Assembly (NCBI GenBank): GCA_964016885.1 | Contig: OZ024743.1 | Span: forward strand, 333,126,001 to 333,190,000 | Reading direction: 5' to 3' | Source: Eledone cirrhosa | Lineage: Eukaryota | Length of the DNA stretch: 64,000 nt | Shown: piece after piece, positions 26,590 through 40,900 of the stretch | How positions within the stretch are numbered: position 1 is the first letter of the stretch | Layout of the letters: every line of letters begins with the position of its first letter | Translations under genes and position numbers: made by a program | Notes under the pieces: generated by a model | What the model saw: the letters and a program-made list of their open reading frames with translations, nothing else | What the model was told of the DNA's origin: nothing | Database searches by the model: none

Positions 26590-29500
26590 CCATAGAACAT
26601 ACTACCTGCATCAGTTGTTAGCTGTCAGGACACAACTACCTACATCAGTTGTTAGCTGTCGAGACACTGCATCCTTTAAAACCTCCATGGAACAAACTAC
26701 CTGCATCAGTTGTTAGCTGTCGAAACACTGCATCCTTTAAAACCTCCATGGAACAAACTACCTGAATCAGTTGTTAGCTGTCGAGACACTGCATCCTTTA
26801 AAACCTCCATGGAACAAACTACCTGCATCAGTTGTTAGCTGTCGAGACACTGCATCCTTTAAAACCTCCATGGAACAAACTACCTACATCAGTAGTTAGC
26901 TGTCGAGACACTGCATCCTTTAAAACCTCCATGGAACAAACTGCCTGTATCAGTTGTTAGCTGTCGAGACACTGCATCCTTTAAAACCTCCATGGACAAA
27001 CTACCTACATCAGTTGTTAGCTGTCGAGACACTGCATCCTTTAAAACCTCCATGGACAAACTACCTGCATCAGTTGTTAGCTGTCGAGACACTGCATCCT
27101 TTAAAACCTCCATGGAACAAACTACCTGCATCAGTTGTTAGCTGTTGAGACACTGCATCCTTTAAAACCTCCATGGAACAAACTACCTGCATCAGTTGTT
27201 AGCTGTCGAGACACTGCATCCTTTAAAACCTCCATGGAACAAACTACCTGCATCAGTTGTTAGCTGTCGAGACACTGCATCCTTTAAAACCTCCATGGAA
27301 CAAACTACCTGCATCAGTTGTTAGCTGTCGAAACACTGCATCCTTTAAAACCTCCATGGAACAAACTACCTGAATCAGTTGTTAGCTGTCGAGACACTGC
27401 ATCCTTTAAAACCTCCATGGAACAAACTACCTTCATCAGTAGTTAGCTGTCGAGACACTGCATCCTTTAAAACCTCCATGGAACAAACTGCCTGTATCAG
27501 TTGTTAGCTGTCGAGACACTGCATCCTTTAAAACCTCCATGGAACAATCTACCTACATCAGTTGTTAGCTGTCGAGACACTGCATCCTTTAAAACCTCCA
27601 TGGAACAAACTACCTGCATCAGTTGTTAGCTGTCGAGACACTGCATCCTTTAAAACCTCCATGGAACAAACTACCTGCATCAGTTGTTAGCTGTCGAGAC
27701 ACTGCATCCTTTAAAACCTCCATGGATCAAACTACCTGCAACAGTTGCTAGCAATCGAGACACTGCATCCTTTAAAACCTCCATGGAACAAACTACCTAC
27801 ATCAGTTGTTAGCTGTCGAGACACTGCATCCTTTAAAACCTCCATGGAACAAACTACCTACATCAGTTGTTAGCTGTCGAGACACTGCATCCTTTAAAAC
27901 CTCCATGGAACAAACTACCTACATCAGTTGTTAGCTGTCGAGACACTGCTTCCTTTAAAACCTCCATGGAACAAACTACCTGCATCAGTTGTTAGCTGTC
28001 GAGGGACTGCATCCTTTAAAACCTCCATGGAACAAACTACCTGAATCAGTTGTTAGCTGTCGAGACACTGCATCCTTTAAAACCTCCATGGAACAAACTA
28101 CCTGCATCAGTTGTTAGCTGTCGAGACACTGCATCCTTTAAAACCTCAATGGAACAAACTACTTGCATCAGCTGTTAGCTGTCGAGACACTGCATCCTTT
28201 AAAACCTCCATGGAACAAACTACCTGCATCAGTTGTTAGCTGTCGAGACACTGCATCCTTTAAAACCTCCATGGATCAAACTACCTGCAACAGTTGCTAG
28301 CTGTCGAGACACTGCATCCGTTAAAACCTCCATGGAACAAACTACCTACATCAGTTGTTAGCTGTCGAGACACTGCATCCTTTAAAACCTCCATGGAACA
28401 AACTACCTACATCAGTTGTTAGCTGTTGAAACACTGCTTCCTTTAAAACCTCCATGGAACAAACTACCTACATCAGTTGTTAGCTGTTGAGACACTGCTT
28501 CCTTTAAAACCTCCATGGAACAAACTACCTGCATCAGTTGTTAGCTGTCGAGACACTGCATCCTTTAAAACCTCCATGGAACAAACTACCTGCATCAGTT
28601 GTTAGCTGTTGAGACACTGCTTTCTTTAAAACCTCCATGGAACAAACTACCTGCATCAGTTGTTAGCTGTCGAGACACTGCATCCTTTAAAACCTCCATG
28701 GAACAAACTACCTACATCAGTTGTTAGCTGTCGAGACACTGCATCCGTTAAAACCTCCATGGAACAAACTACCTACATCAGTTGTTAGCTGTCGAGACAC
28801 TGCATCCTTTAAAACCTCCATGGAACAAACTACCTACATCAGTTGTTAGCTGTTGAAACACTGCTTCCTTTAAAACCTCCATGGAACAAACTACCTACAT
28901 CAGTTGTTAGCTGTTGAGACACTGCTTTCTTTAAAACCTCCATGGAACAAACTACCTGCATCAGTTGTTAGCTGTCGAGACACTGCATCCTTTAAAACCT
29001 CCATGGAACAAACTACCTGCATCAGTTGTTAGCTGTCGAGACACTGCATCCTTTAAAACCTCCATAGAACATACTACCTGCATCAGTTGTTAGCTGTCAG
29101 GACACAACTACCTACATCAGTTGTTAGCTGTCGAGACACTGCATCCTTTAAAACCTCCATGGAACAAACTACCTGCATCAGTTGTTAGCTGTCGAAACAC
29201 TGCATCCTTTAAAACCTCCATGGAACAAACTACCTGAATCAGTTGTTAGCTGTCGAGACACTGCATCCTTTAAAACCTCCATGGAACAAACTACCTGCAT
29301 CAGTTGTTAGCTGTCGAGACACTGCATCCTTTAAAACCTCCATGGAACAAACTACCTACATCAGTAGTTAGCTGTCGAGACACTGCATCCTTTAAAACCT
29401 CCATGGAACAAACTGCCTGTATCAGTTGTTAGCTGTCGAGACACTGCATCCTTTAAAACCTCCATGGACAAACTACCTACATCAGTTGTTAGCTGTCGAG

Positions 29501-31530
29501 ACACTGCATCCTTTAAAACCTCCATGGACAAACTACCTGCATCAGTTGTTAGCTGTCGAGACACTGCATCCTTTAAAACCTCCATGGAACAAACTACCTG
29601 CATCAGTTGTTAGCTGTTGAGACACTGCATCCTTTAAAACCTCCATGGAACAAACTACCTGCATCAGTTGTTAGCTGTCGAGACACTGCATCCTTTAAAA
29701 CCTCCATGGAACAAACTACCTGCATCAGTTGTTAGCTGTCGAGACACTGCATCCTTTAAAACCTCCATGGAACAAACTACCTGCATCAGTTGTTAGCTGT
29801 CGAAACACTGCATCCTTTAAAACCTCCATGGAACAAACTACCTGAATCAGTTGTTAGCTGTCGAGACACTGCATCCTTTAAAACCTCCATGGAACAAACT
29901 ACCTTCATCAGTAGTTAGCTGTCGAGACACTGCATCCTTTAAAACCTCCATGGAACAAACTGCCTGTATCAGTTGTTAGCTGTCGAGACACTGCATCCTT
30001 TAAAACCTCCATGGAACAAACTACCTACATCAGTTGTTAGCTGTCGAGACACTGCATCCTTTAAAACCTCCATGGAACAAACTACCTGCATCAGTTGTTA
30101 GCTGTCGAGACACTGCATCCTTTAAAACCTCCATGGAACAAACTACCTGCATCAGTTGTTAGCTGTCGAGACACTGCATCCTTTAAAACCTCCATGGATC
30201 AAACTACCTGCAACAGTTGCTAGCAATCGAGACACTGCATCCTTTAAAACCTCCATGGAACAAACTACCTACATCAGTTGTTAGCTGTCGAGACACTGCA
30301 TCCTTTAAAACCTCCATGGAACAAACTACCTACATCAGTTGTTAGCTGTCGAGACACTGCATCCTTTAAAACCTCCATGGAACAAACTACCTACATCAGT
30401 TGTTAGCTGTCGAGACACTGCTTCCTTTAAAACCTCCATGGAACAAACTACCTGCATCAGTTGTTAGCTGTCGAGACACTGCATCCTTTAAAACCTCCAT
30501 GGAACAAACTACCTGAATCAGTTGTTAGCTGTCGAGACACTGCATCCTTTAAAACCTCCATGGAACAAACTACCTGCATCAGTTGTTAGCTGTCGAGACA
30601 CTGCATCCTTTAAAACCTCCATGGAACAAACTACTTGCATCAGCTGTTAGCTGTCGAGACACTGCATCCTTTAAAACCTCCATGGAACAAACTACCTGCA
30701 TCAGTTGTTAGCTGTCGAGACACTGCATCCTTTAAAACCTCCATGGATCAAACTACCTGCAACAGTTGCTAGCTGTCGAGACACTGCATCCGTTAAAACC
30801 TCCATGGAACAAACTACCTACATCAGTTGTTAGCTGTCGAGACACTGCATCCTTTAAAACCTCCATGGAACAAACTACCTACATCAGTTGTTAGCTGTTG
30901 AAACACTGCTTCCTTTAAAACCTCCATGGAACAAACTACCTACATCAGTTGTTAGCTGTTGAGACACTGCTTCCTTTAAAACCTCCATGGAACAAACTAC
31001 CTGCATCAGTTGTTAGCTGTCGAGACACTGCATCCTTTAAAACCTCCATGGAACAAACTACCTGCATCAGTTGTTAGCTGTTGAGACACTGCTTTCTTTA
31101 AAACCTCCATGGAACAAACTACCTGCATCAGTTGTTAGCTGTCGAGACACTGCATCCTTTAAAACCTCCATGGAACAAACTACCTACATCAGTTGTTAGC
31201 TGTCGAGACACTGCATCCGTTAAAACCTCCATGGAACAAACTACCTACATCAGTTGTTAGCTGTCGAGACACTGCATCCTTTAAAACCTCCATGGAACAA
31301 ACTACCTACATCAGTTGTTAGCTGTTGAAACACTGCTTCCTTTAAAACCTCCATGGAACAAACTACCTACATCAGTTGTTAGCTGTTGAGACACTGCTTT
31401 CTTTAAAACCTCCATGGAACAAACTACCTGCATCAGTTGTTAGCTGTCGAGACACTGCATCCTTTAAAACCTCCATGGAACAAACTACCTGCATCAGTTG
31501 TTAGCTGTCGAGACACTGCATCCTTTAAAA
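26590..31530 (+). repeat. Tandem duplication of a 41-monomer (2472-bp) unit
   Basis: 27-bp deletion at 26633 and 29105; paired GGACAAA 1-bp deletions near 26996/27056 and 29468/29528; CTAGCAATCG variant near 27750 and 30222. 2472 = 41x61-29. Confidence 0.9.
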
Positions 31531-34500
31531 CCTCCATGGAACAAACTACCTGCATCAGTTATTAGCTGTCGAGACACTGCTTCCTTTAAAACCTCCATGG
31601 AACAAACTACCTGCATCAGTTGTCAGCTGTCGAGACACTGCATCCTTTAAAACCTCCATGGAACAAATTACCTGCATCAGTTGTTAGCTGTCGAGACACT
31701 GTATCCTTTAAAACCTCCATGGAACAAACTACCTGCATCAGTTGTTAGCTGTCATGACACTGCATCCTTTAAAACCTCCATGGAACAAACTACCTGCATC
31801 AGTTGTTAGCTGTCAAGACACTGCATCCTTTAAAACCTCCATGGAACAAACTACCTGCATCAGTTGTTAGTTGTCCGGACACTGCATCCTTTAAAACCTC
31901 CATGGAACAAACTCCCTGCATCAGTTGTTAGCTGTCGAGACACTGCATCCTTTAAAACCTCCATGGAACAAACTACCTGCATCAGTTGTTAGCTGTCGAG
32001 ACACTGCATCCTTTAAAACCTCCATAGAACATACTACCTGCATCAGTTGTTAGCTGTCAGGACACAACTACCTACATCAGTTGTTAGCTGTCGAGACACT
32101 GCATCCTTTAAAACCTCCATGGAACAAACTACCTACATCAGTTGTTAGCTGTTGAGACACTGCTTCCTTTAAAACCTCCATGGAACAAACTACCTACATC
32201 AGTTGTTAGCTGTTGAGACACTGCTTCCTTTAAAACCTCCATGGAACAAACTACCTGCATCAGTTGTTAGCTGTCGAGACACTGCATCCTTTAAAACCTC
32301 CATGGAACAAACTACCTGCATCAGTTGTTAGCTCTCGAGACACTGCATCCTTTAAAACCTCCATGGAACAAACTACCTGCATCAGTTGTTAGCTGTCGAG
32401 ACACTGCATCCTTTTAAACCTCCATGGAACAAACTACCTGCATCAGTAGTTAGCTGTCGAGACACTGCATCCTTTAAAACCTCCATGGAACAAACTACCT
32501 GCATCAGTAGTTAGCTGTCGAGACACTGCATCCTTTAAAACCTCCATGGAACAAACTGCCTGATTCAGTTGTTAGCTGTCGAGACACTGCATCCTTTAAA
32601 ACCTCCATGGAACAAACTACCTACATCAGTTGTTAGCTGTCGAGACACTGCATCCTTTAAAACCTCCATGGATCAAACTACCTGCAACAGTTGCTAGCTG
32701 TCGAGACACTGCATCCTTTAAAACCTCCATGGAACAAACTACCTGCATCAGTTGCTAGCTGTCGAGACACTGCATCCTTTAAAACCTCCATGGAACAAAC
32801 TACCTACATCAGTTGGTAGCTGTCGAGACACTGCATCCTTTAAAACCTCCATGGAACAAACTACCTGCATGAGTTGTTAGCTGTCGAGACACTGCATCCT
32901 TTAAAACCTCCATGGAATAAATTACCTGCATCAGTTGTTAGCTGTCGAGACACTGTATCCTTTAAAACCTCCATGGAACAAACTACCTGCATCAGTTGTT
33001 AACTGTCATGACACTGCATCCTTTAAAACCTCCATGGAACAAACTACCTGCATCAGTTGTTAGCTGTCGAGACACTGCATCCTTTAAAACCTCCATGGAA
33101 GAAACTACCTGCATCAGTTGTTAGCTGTCAAGACACTGCATCCTTTAAAACCTCCATGGAACAAACTACCTGCATCAGTTGTTAGTTGTCCGGACACTGC
33201 ATCCTTTAAAACCTCCATGGAACAAACTCCCTGCATCAGTTGTTAGCTGTCGAGACACTGCATCCTTTAAAACCTCCATGGAACAAACTACCTGCATCAG
33301 TTGTTAGTTGTCCGGACACTGCATCCTTTAAAACCTCCATGGAACAAACTACCTGCATCAGTTGTTAGCTGTCGAGACACTGCATCTTTTAAAACCTCCA
33401 TGGAACAAACTACCTGCATCAGCTGTTAGCTATCGAGACACTGCATCCTTTAAAACCTCCATAGAACATACTACCTGCATCAGTTGTTAGCTGTCAGGAC
33501 ACTACATCCTTTAAAACCTCCATGGAACAAACTACCTGCATCAGTTGTTAGCTGTCAGGACACTGCATCCTTTAAAACCTCCATGGAACAAACTACCTGC
33601 ATCAGTTGTTAGCTGTCGAGACACTGCATCCTTTAAAACCTCCATGGAACAAACTACCTGCATCAGTTGTTAGCTGTCGAGACACTGCATCCTTTAAAAC
33701 CTCCATGGAACAAACTACCTGCATCAGTTGTTAGCTGTCGAAACACTGCATCCTTTAAAACCTCCATGGAACAAACTACCTGAATCAGTTGTTAGCTGTC
33801 GAGACACTGCATCCTTTAAAACCTCCATGGAACAAACTACCTGCATCAGTTGTTAGCTGTCGAGACACTGCATCCTTTAAAACCTCCATGGAACAAACTA
33901 CCTACATCAGTAGTTAGCTGTCGAGACACTGCATCCTTTAAAACCTCCATGGAACAAACTGCCTGTATCAGTTGTTAGCTGTCGAAACACTGCATCCTTT
34001 AAAACCTCCATGGAACAAACTACCTGAATCAGTTGTTAGCTGTCGAGACACTGCATCCTTTAAAACCTCCATGGAACAAACTACCTGAATCAGTTGTTAG
34101 CTGTCGAGACACTGCATCCTTTAAAACCTCCATGGAACAAACTACCTGCATCAGTTGTTAGCTGTCGAAACACTGCATCCTTTAAAACCTCCATGGAACA
34201 AACTACTTGCATCAGCTGTTAGCTGTCGAGACACTGCATCCTTTAAAACCTCCATGGAACAAACTACCTGCATCAGTTGTTAGCTGTCGAGACACTGCAT
34301 CCTTTAAAACCTCCATGGATCAAACTACCTGCAACAGTTGCTAGCTGTCGAGACACTGCATCCGTTAAAACCTCCATGGAACAAACTACCTACATCAGTT
34401 GTTAGCTGTCGAGACACTGCATCCTTTAAAACCTCCATGGAACAAACTACCTACATCAGTTGTTAGCTGTTGAAACACTGCTTCCTTTAAAACCTCCATG

Positions 34501-37500
34501 GAACAAACTACCTACATCAGTTGTTAGCTGTTGAGACACTGCTTCCTTTAAAACCTCCATGGAACAAACTACCTGCATCAGTTGTTAGCTGTCGAGACAC
34601 TGCATCCTTTAAAACCTCCATGGAACAAACTACCTGCATCAGTTGTTAGCTGTTGAGACACTGCTTTCTTTAAAACCTCCATGGAACAAACTACCTGCAT
34701 CAGTTGTTAGCTGTCGAGACACTGCATCCTTTAAAACCTCCATGGAACAAACTACCTACATCAGTTGTTAGCTGTTGAAACACTGCTTTCTTTAAAACCT
34801 CCATGGAACAAACTACCTGCATCAGTTGTTAGCTGTCGAGACACTGCATCCTTTAAAACCTCCATGGAACAAACTACCTGCATCAGTTGTTAGCTGTCGA
34901 GACACTGCATCCGTTAAAACCTCCATGGAACAAACTACCTGCATCAGTTGTTAGCTGTTGAGACACTGCTTTCTTTAAAACCTCCATGGAACAAACTACC
35001 TGCATCAGTTGTTAGCTGTCGAGACACTGCATCCTTTAAAACCTCCATGGAACAAACTACCTACATCAGTTGTTAGCTGTCGAGACACTGCATCCGTTAA
35101 AACCTCCATGGAACAAACTACCTACATCAGTTGTTAGCTGTCGAGACACTGCATCCTTTAAAACCTCCATGGAACAAACTACCTACATCAGTTGTTAGCT
35201 GTTGAAACACTGCTTCCTTTAAAACCTCCATGGAACAAACTACCTACATCAGTTGTTAGCTGTTGAGACACTGCTTTCTTTAAAACCTCCATGGAACAAA
35301 CTACCTGCATCAGTTGTTAGCTGTCGAGACACTGCATCCTTTAAAACCTCCATGGAACAAACTACCTGCATCAGTTGTTAGCTGTCGAGACACTGCATCC
35401 TTTAAAACCTCCATGGAACAAACTACCTGCATCAGTTATTAGCTGTCGAGACACTGCTTCCTTTAAAACCTCCATGGAACAAACTACCTGCATCAGTTGT
35501 CAGCTGTCGAGACACTGCATCCTTTAAAACCTCCATGGAACAAATTACCTGCATCAGTTGTTAGCTGTCGAGACACTGTATCCTTTAAAACCTCCATGGA
35601 ACAAACTACCTGCATCAGTTGTTAGCTGTCATGACACTGCATCCTTTAAAACCTCCATGGAACAAACTACCTGCATCAGTTGTTAGCTGTCAAGACACTG
35701 CATCCTTTAAAACCTCCATGGAACAAACTACCTGCATCAGTTGTTAGTTGTCCGGACACTGCATCCTTTAAAACCTCCATGGAACAAACTCCCTGCATCA
35801 GTTGTTAGCTGTCGAGACACTGCATCCTTTAAAACCTCCATGGAACAAACTACCTGCATCAGTTGTTAGCTGTCGAGACACTGCATCCTTTAAAACCTCC
35901 ATAGAACATACTACCTGCATCAGTTGTTAGCTGTCAGGACACAACTACCTACATCAGTTGTTAGCTGTCGAGACACTGCATCCTTTAAAACCTCCATGGA
36001 ACAAACTACCTACATCAGTTGTTAGCTGTTGAGACACTGCTTCCTTTAAAACCTCCATGGAACAAACTACCTACATCAGTTGTTAGCTGTTGAGACACTG
36101 CTTCCTTTAAAACCTCCATGGAACAAACTACCTGCATCAGTTGTTAGCTGTCGAGACACTGCATCCTTTAAAACCTCCATGGAACAAACTACCTGCATCA
36201 GTTGTTAGCTCTCGAGACACTGCATCCTTTAAAACCTCCATGGAACAAACTACCTGCATCAGTTGTTAGCTGTCGAGACACTGCATCCTTTTAAACCTCC
36301 ATGGAACAAACTACCTGCATCAGTAGTTAGCTGTCGAGACACTGCATCCTTTAAAACCTCCATGGAACAAACTACCTGCATCAGTAGTTAGCTGTCGAGA
36401 CACTGCATCCTTTAAAACCTCCATGGAACAAACTGCCTGATTCAGTTGTTAGCTGTCGAGACACTGCATCCTTTAAAACCTCCATGGAACAAACTACCTA
36501 CATCAGTTGTTAGCTGTCGAGACACTGCATCCTTTAAAACCTCCATGGATCAAACTACCTGCAACAGTTGCTAGCTGTCGAGACACTGCATCCTTTAAAA
36601 CCTCCATGGAACAAACTACCTGCATCAGTTGCTAGCTGTCGAGACACTGCATCCTTTAAAACCTCCATGGAACAAACTACCTACATCAGTTGGTAGCTGT
36701 CGAGACACTGCATCCTTTAAAACCTCCATGGAACAAACTACCTGCATGAGTTGTTAGCTGTCGAGACACTGCATCCTTTAAAACCTCCATGGAATAAATT
36801 ACCTGCATCAGTTGTTAGCTGTCGAGACACTGTATCCTTTAAAACCTCCATGGAACAAACTACCTGCATCAGTTGTTAACTGTCATGACACTGCATCCTT
36901 TAAAACCTCCATGGAACAAACTACCTGCATCAGTTGTTAGCTGTCGAGACACTGCATCCTTTAAAACCTCCATGGAAGAAACTACCTGCATCAGTTGTTA
37001 GCTGTCAAGACACTGCATCCTTTAAAACCTCCATGGAACAAACTACCTGCATCAGTTGTTAGTTGTCCGGACACTGCATCCTTTAAAACCTCCATGGAAC
37101 AAACTCCCTGCATCAGTTGTTAGCTGTCGAGACACTGCATCCTTTAAAACCTCCATGGAACAAACTACCTGCATCAGTTGTTAGTTGTCCGGACACTGCA
37201 TCCTTTAAAACCTCCATGGAACAAACTACCTGCATCAGTTGTTAGCTGTCGAGACACTGCATCTTTTAAAACCTCCATGGAACAAACTACCTGCATCAGC
37301 TGTTAGCTATCGAGACACTGCATCCTTTAAAACCTCCATAGAACATACTACCTGCATCAGTTGTTAGCTGTCAGGACACTACATCCTTTAAAACCTCCAT
37401 GGAACAAACTACCTGCATCAGTTGTTAGCTGTCAGGACACTGCATCCTTTAAAACCTCCATGGAACAAACTACCTGCATCAGTTGTTAGCTGTCGAGACA

Positions 37501-38650
37501 CTGCATCCTTTAAAACCTCCATGGAACAAACTACCTGCATCAGTTGTTAGCTGTCGAGACACTGCATCCTTTAAAACCTCCATGGAACAAACTACCTGCA
37601 TCAGTTGTTAGCTGTCGAAACACTGCATCCTTTAAAACCTCCATGGAACAAACTACCTGAATCAGTTGTTAGCTGTCGAGACACTGCATCCTTTAAAACC
37701 TCCATGGAACAAACTACCTGCATCAGTTGTTAGCTGTCGAGACACTGCATCCTTTAAAACCTCCATGGAACAAACTACCTACATCAGTAGTTAGCTCTCG
37801 AGACACTGCATCCTTTAAAACCTCCATGGAACAAACTGCCTGTATCAGTTGTTAGCTGTCGAAACACTGCATCCTTTAAAACCTCCATGGAACAAACTAC
37901 CTGAATCAGTTGTTAGCTGTCGAGACACTGCATCCTTTAAAACCTCCATGGAACAAACTACCTGAATCAGTTGTTAGCTGTCGAGACACTGCATCCTTTA
38001 AAACCTCCATGGAACAAACTACCTGCATCAGTTGTTAGCTGTCGAAACACTGCATCCTTTAAAACCTCCATGGAACAAACTACTTGCATCAGCTGTTAGC
38101 TGTCGAGACACTGCATCCTTTAAAACCTCCATGGAACAAACTACCTGCATCAGTTGTTAGCTGTCGAGACACTGCATCCTTTAAAACCTCCATGGATCAA
38201 ACTACCTGCAACAGTTGCTAGCTGTCGAGACACTGCATCCGTTAAAACCTCCATGGAACAAACTACCTACATCAGTTGTTAGCTGTCGAGACACTGCATC
38301 CTTTAAAACCTCCATGGAACAAACTACCTACATCAGTTGTTAGCTGTTGAAACACTGCTTCCTTTAAAACCTCCATGGAACAAACTACCTACATCAGTTG
38401 TTAGCTGTTGAGACACTGCTTCCTTTAAAACCTCCATGGAACAAACTACCTGCATCAGTTGTTAGCTGTCGAGACACTGCATCCTTTAAAACTCCATGGA
38501 ACAAACTACCTGCATCAGTTGTTAGCTGTTGAGACACTGCTTTCTTTAAAACCTCCATGGAACAAACTACCTGCATCAGTTGTTAGCTGTCGAGACACTG
38601 CATCCTTTAAAACCTCCATGGAACAAACTACCTACATCAGTTGTTAGCTG
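31050..38650 (+). repeat. Duplication with a 64-monomer (3877-bp) period
   Basis: GTTATTAG variant at 31561 and 35438; 27-bp deletion at 32065 and 35942; CAGGACACTACAT at 33495 and 37372. 3877 = 64x61-27. Confidence 0.9.
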
Positions 38651-40900
38651 TCGAGACACTGCATCCGTTAAAACCTCCATGGAACAAACTACCTACATCA
38701 GTTGTTAGCTGTCGAGACACTGCATCCTTTAAAACCTCCATGGATCAAACTACCTGCAACAGTTGCTAGCTGTCGAGACACTGCATCCTTTAAAACCTCC
38801 ATGGAACAAACTACCTGCATCAGTTGCTAGCTGTCGAGACACTGCATCCTTTAAAACCTCCATGGAACAAACTACCTACATCAGTTGGTAGCTGTCGAGA
38901 CACTGCATCCTTTAAAACCTCCATGGAACAAACTACCTGCATGAGTTGTTAGCTGTCGAGACACTGCATCCTTTAAAACCTCCATGGAATAAATTACCTG
39001 CATCAGTTGTTAGCTGTCGAGACACTGTATCCTTTAAAACCTCCATGGAACAAACTACCTGCATCAGTTGTTAACTGTCATGACACTGCATCCTTTAAAA
39101 CCTCCATGGAACAAACTACCTGCATCAGTTGTTAGCTGTCGAGACACTGCATCCTTTAAAACCTCCATGGAAGAAACTACCTGCATCAGTTGTTAGCTGT
39201 CAAGACACTGCATCCTTTAAAACCTCCATGGAACAAACTACCTGCATCAGTTGTTAGTTGTCCGGACACTGCATCCTTTAAAACCTCCATGGAACAAACT
39301 CCCTGCATCAGTTGTTAGCTGTCGAGACACTGCATCCTTTAAAACCTCCATGGAACAAACTACCTGCATCAGTTGTTAGTTGTCCGGACACTGCATCCTT
39401 TAAAACCTCCATGGAACAAACTACCTGCATCAGTTGTTAGCTGTCGAGACACTGCATCTTTTAAAACCTCCATGGAACAAACTACCTGCATCAGCTGTTA
39501 GCTATCGAGACACTGCATCCTTTAAAACCTCCATAGAACATACTACCTGCATCAGTTGTTAGCTGTCAGGACACTACATCCTTTAAAACCTCCATGGAAC
39601 AAACTACCTGCATCAGTTGTTAGCTGTCAGGACACTGCATCCTTTAAAACCTCCATGGAACAAACTACCTGCATCAGTTGTTAGCTGTCGAGACACTGCA
39701 TCCTTTAAAACCTCCATGGAACAAACTACCTGCATCAGTTGTTAGCTGTCGAGACACTGCATCCTTTAAAACCTCCATGGAACAAACTACCTGCATCAGT
39801 TGTTAGCTGTCGAAACACTGCATCCTTTAAAACCTCCATGGAACAAACTACCTGAATCAGTTGTTAGCTGTCGAGACACTGCATCCTTTAAAACCTCCAT
39901 GGAACAAACTACCTGCATCAGTTGTTAGCTGTCGAGACACTGCATCCTTTAAAACCTCCATGGAACAAACTACCTACATCAGTAGTTAGCTGTCGAGACA
40001 CTGCATCCTTTAAAACCTCCATGGAACAAACTGCCTGTATCAGTTGTTAGCTGTCGAAACACTGCATCCTTTAAAACCTCCATGGAACAAACTACCTGAA
40101 TCAGTTGTTAGCTGTCGAGACACTGCATCCTTTAAAACCTCCATGGAACAAACTACCTGAATCAGTTGTTAGCTGTCGAGACACTGCATCCTTTAAAACC
40201 TCCATGGAACAAACTACCTGCATCAGTTGTTAGCTGTCGAAACACTGCATCCTTTAAAACCTCCATGGAACAAACTACTTGCATCAGCTGTTAGCTGTCG
40301 AGACACTGCATCCTTTAAAACCTCCATGGAACAAACTACCTGCATCAGTTGTTAGCTGTCGAGACACTGCATCCTTTAAAACCTCCATGGATCAAACTAC
40401 CTGCAACAGTTGCTAGCTGTCGAGACACTGCATCCGTTAAAACCTCCATGGAACAAACTACCTACATCAGTTGTTAGCTGTCGAGACACTGCATCCTTTA
40501 AAACCTCCATGGAACAAACTACCTACATCAGTTGTTAGCTGTTGAAACACTGCTTCCTTTAAAACCTCCATGGAACAAACTACCTACATCAGTTGTTAGC
40601 TGTTGAGACACTGCTTCCTTTAAAACCTCCATGGAACAAACTACCTGCATCAGTTGTTAGCTGTCGAGACACTGCATCCTTTAAAACCTCCATGGAACAA
40701 ACTACCTGCATCAGTTGTTAGCTGTTGAGACACTGCTTTCTTTAAAACCTCCATGGAACAAACTACCTGCATCAGTTGTTAGCTGTCGAGACACTGCATC
40801 CTTTAAAACCTCCATGGAACAAACTACCTACATCAGTTGTTAGCTGTCGAGACACTGCATCCGTTAAAACCTCCATGGAACAAACTACCTACATCAGTTG
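36490..40900 (+). repeat. Tandem duplication of a 36-monomer (2195-bp) unit
   Basis: CAGGACACTACAT at 37372 and 39567 (2195 = 36x61-1). The CATGAG, GAATAAATT, GTTAAC and GAAGAAA markers repeat in the same order. Confidence 0.87.
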
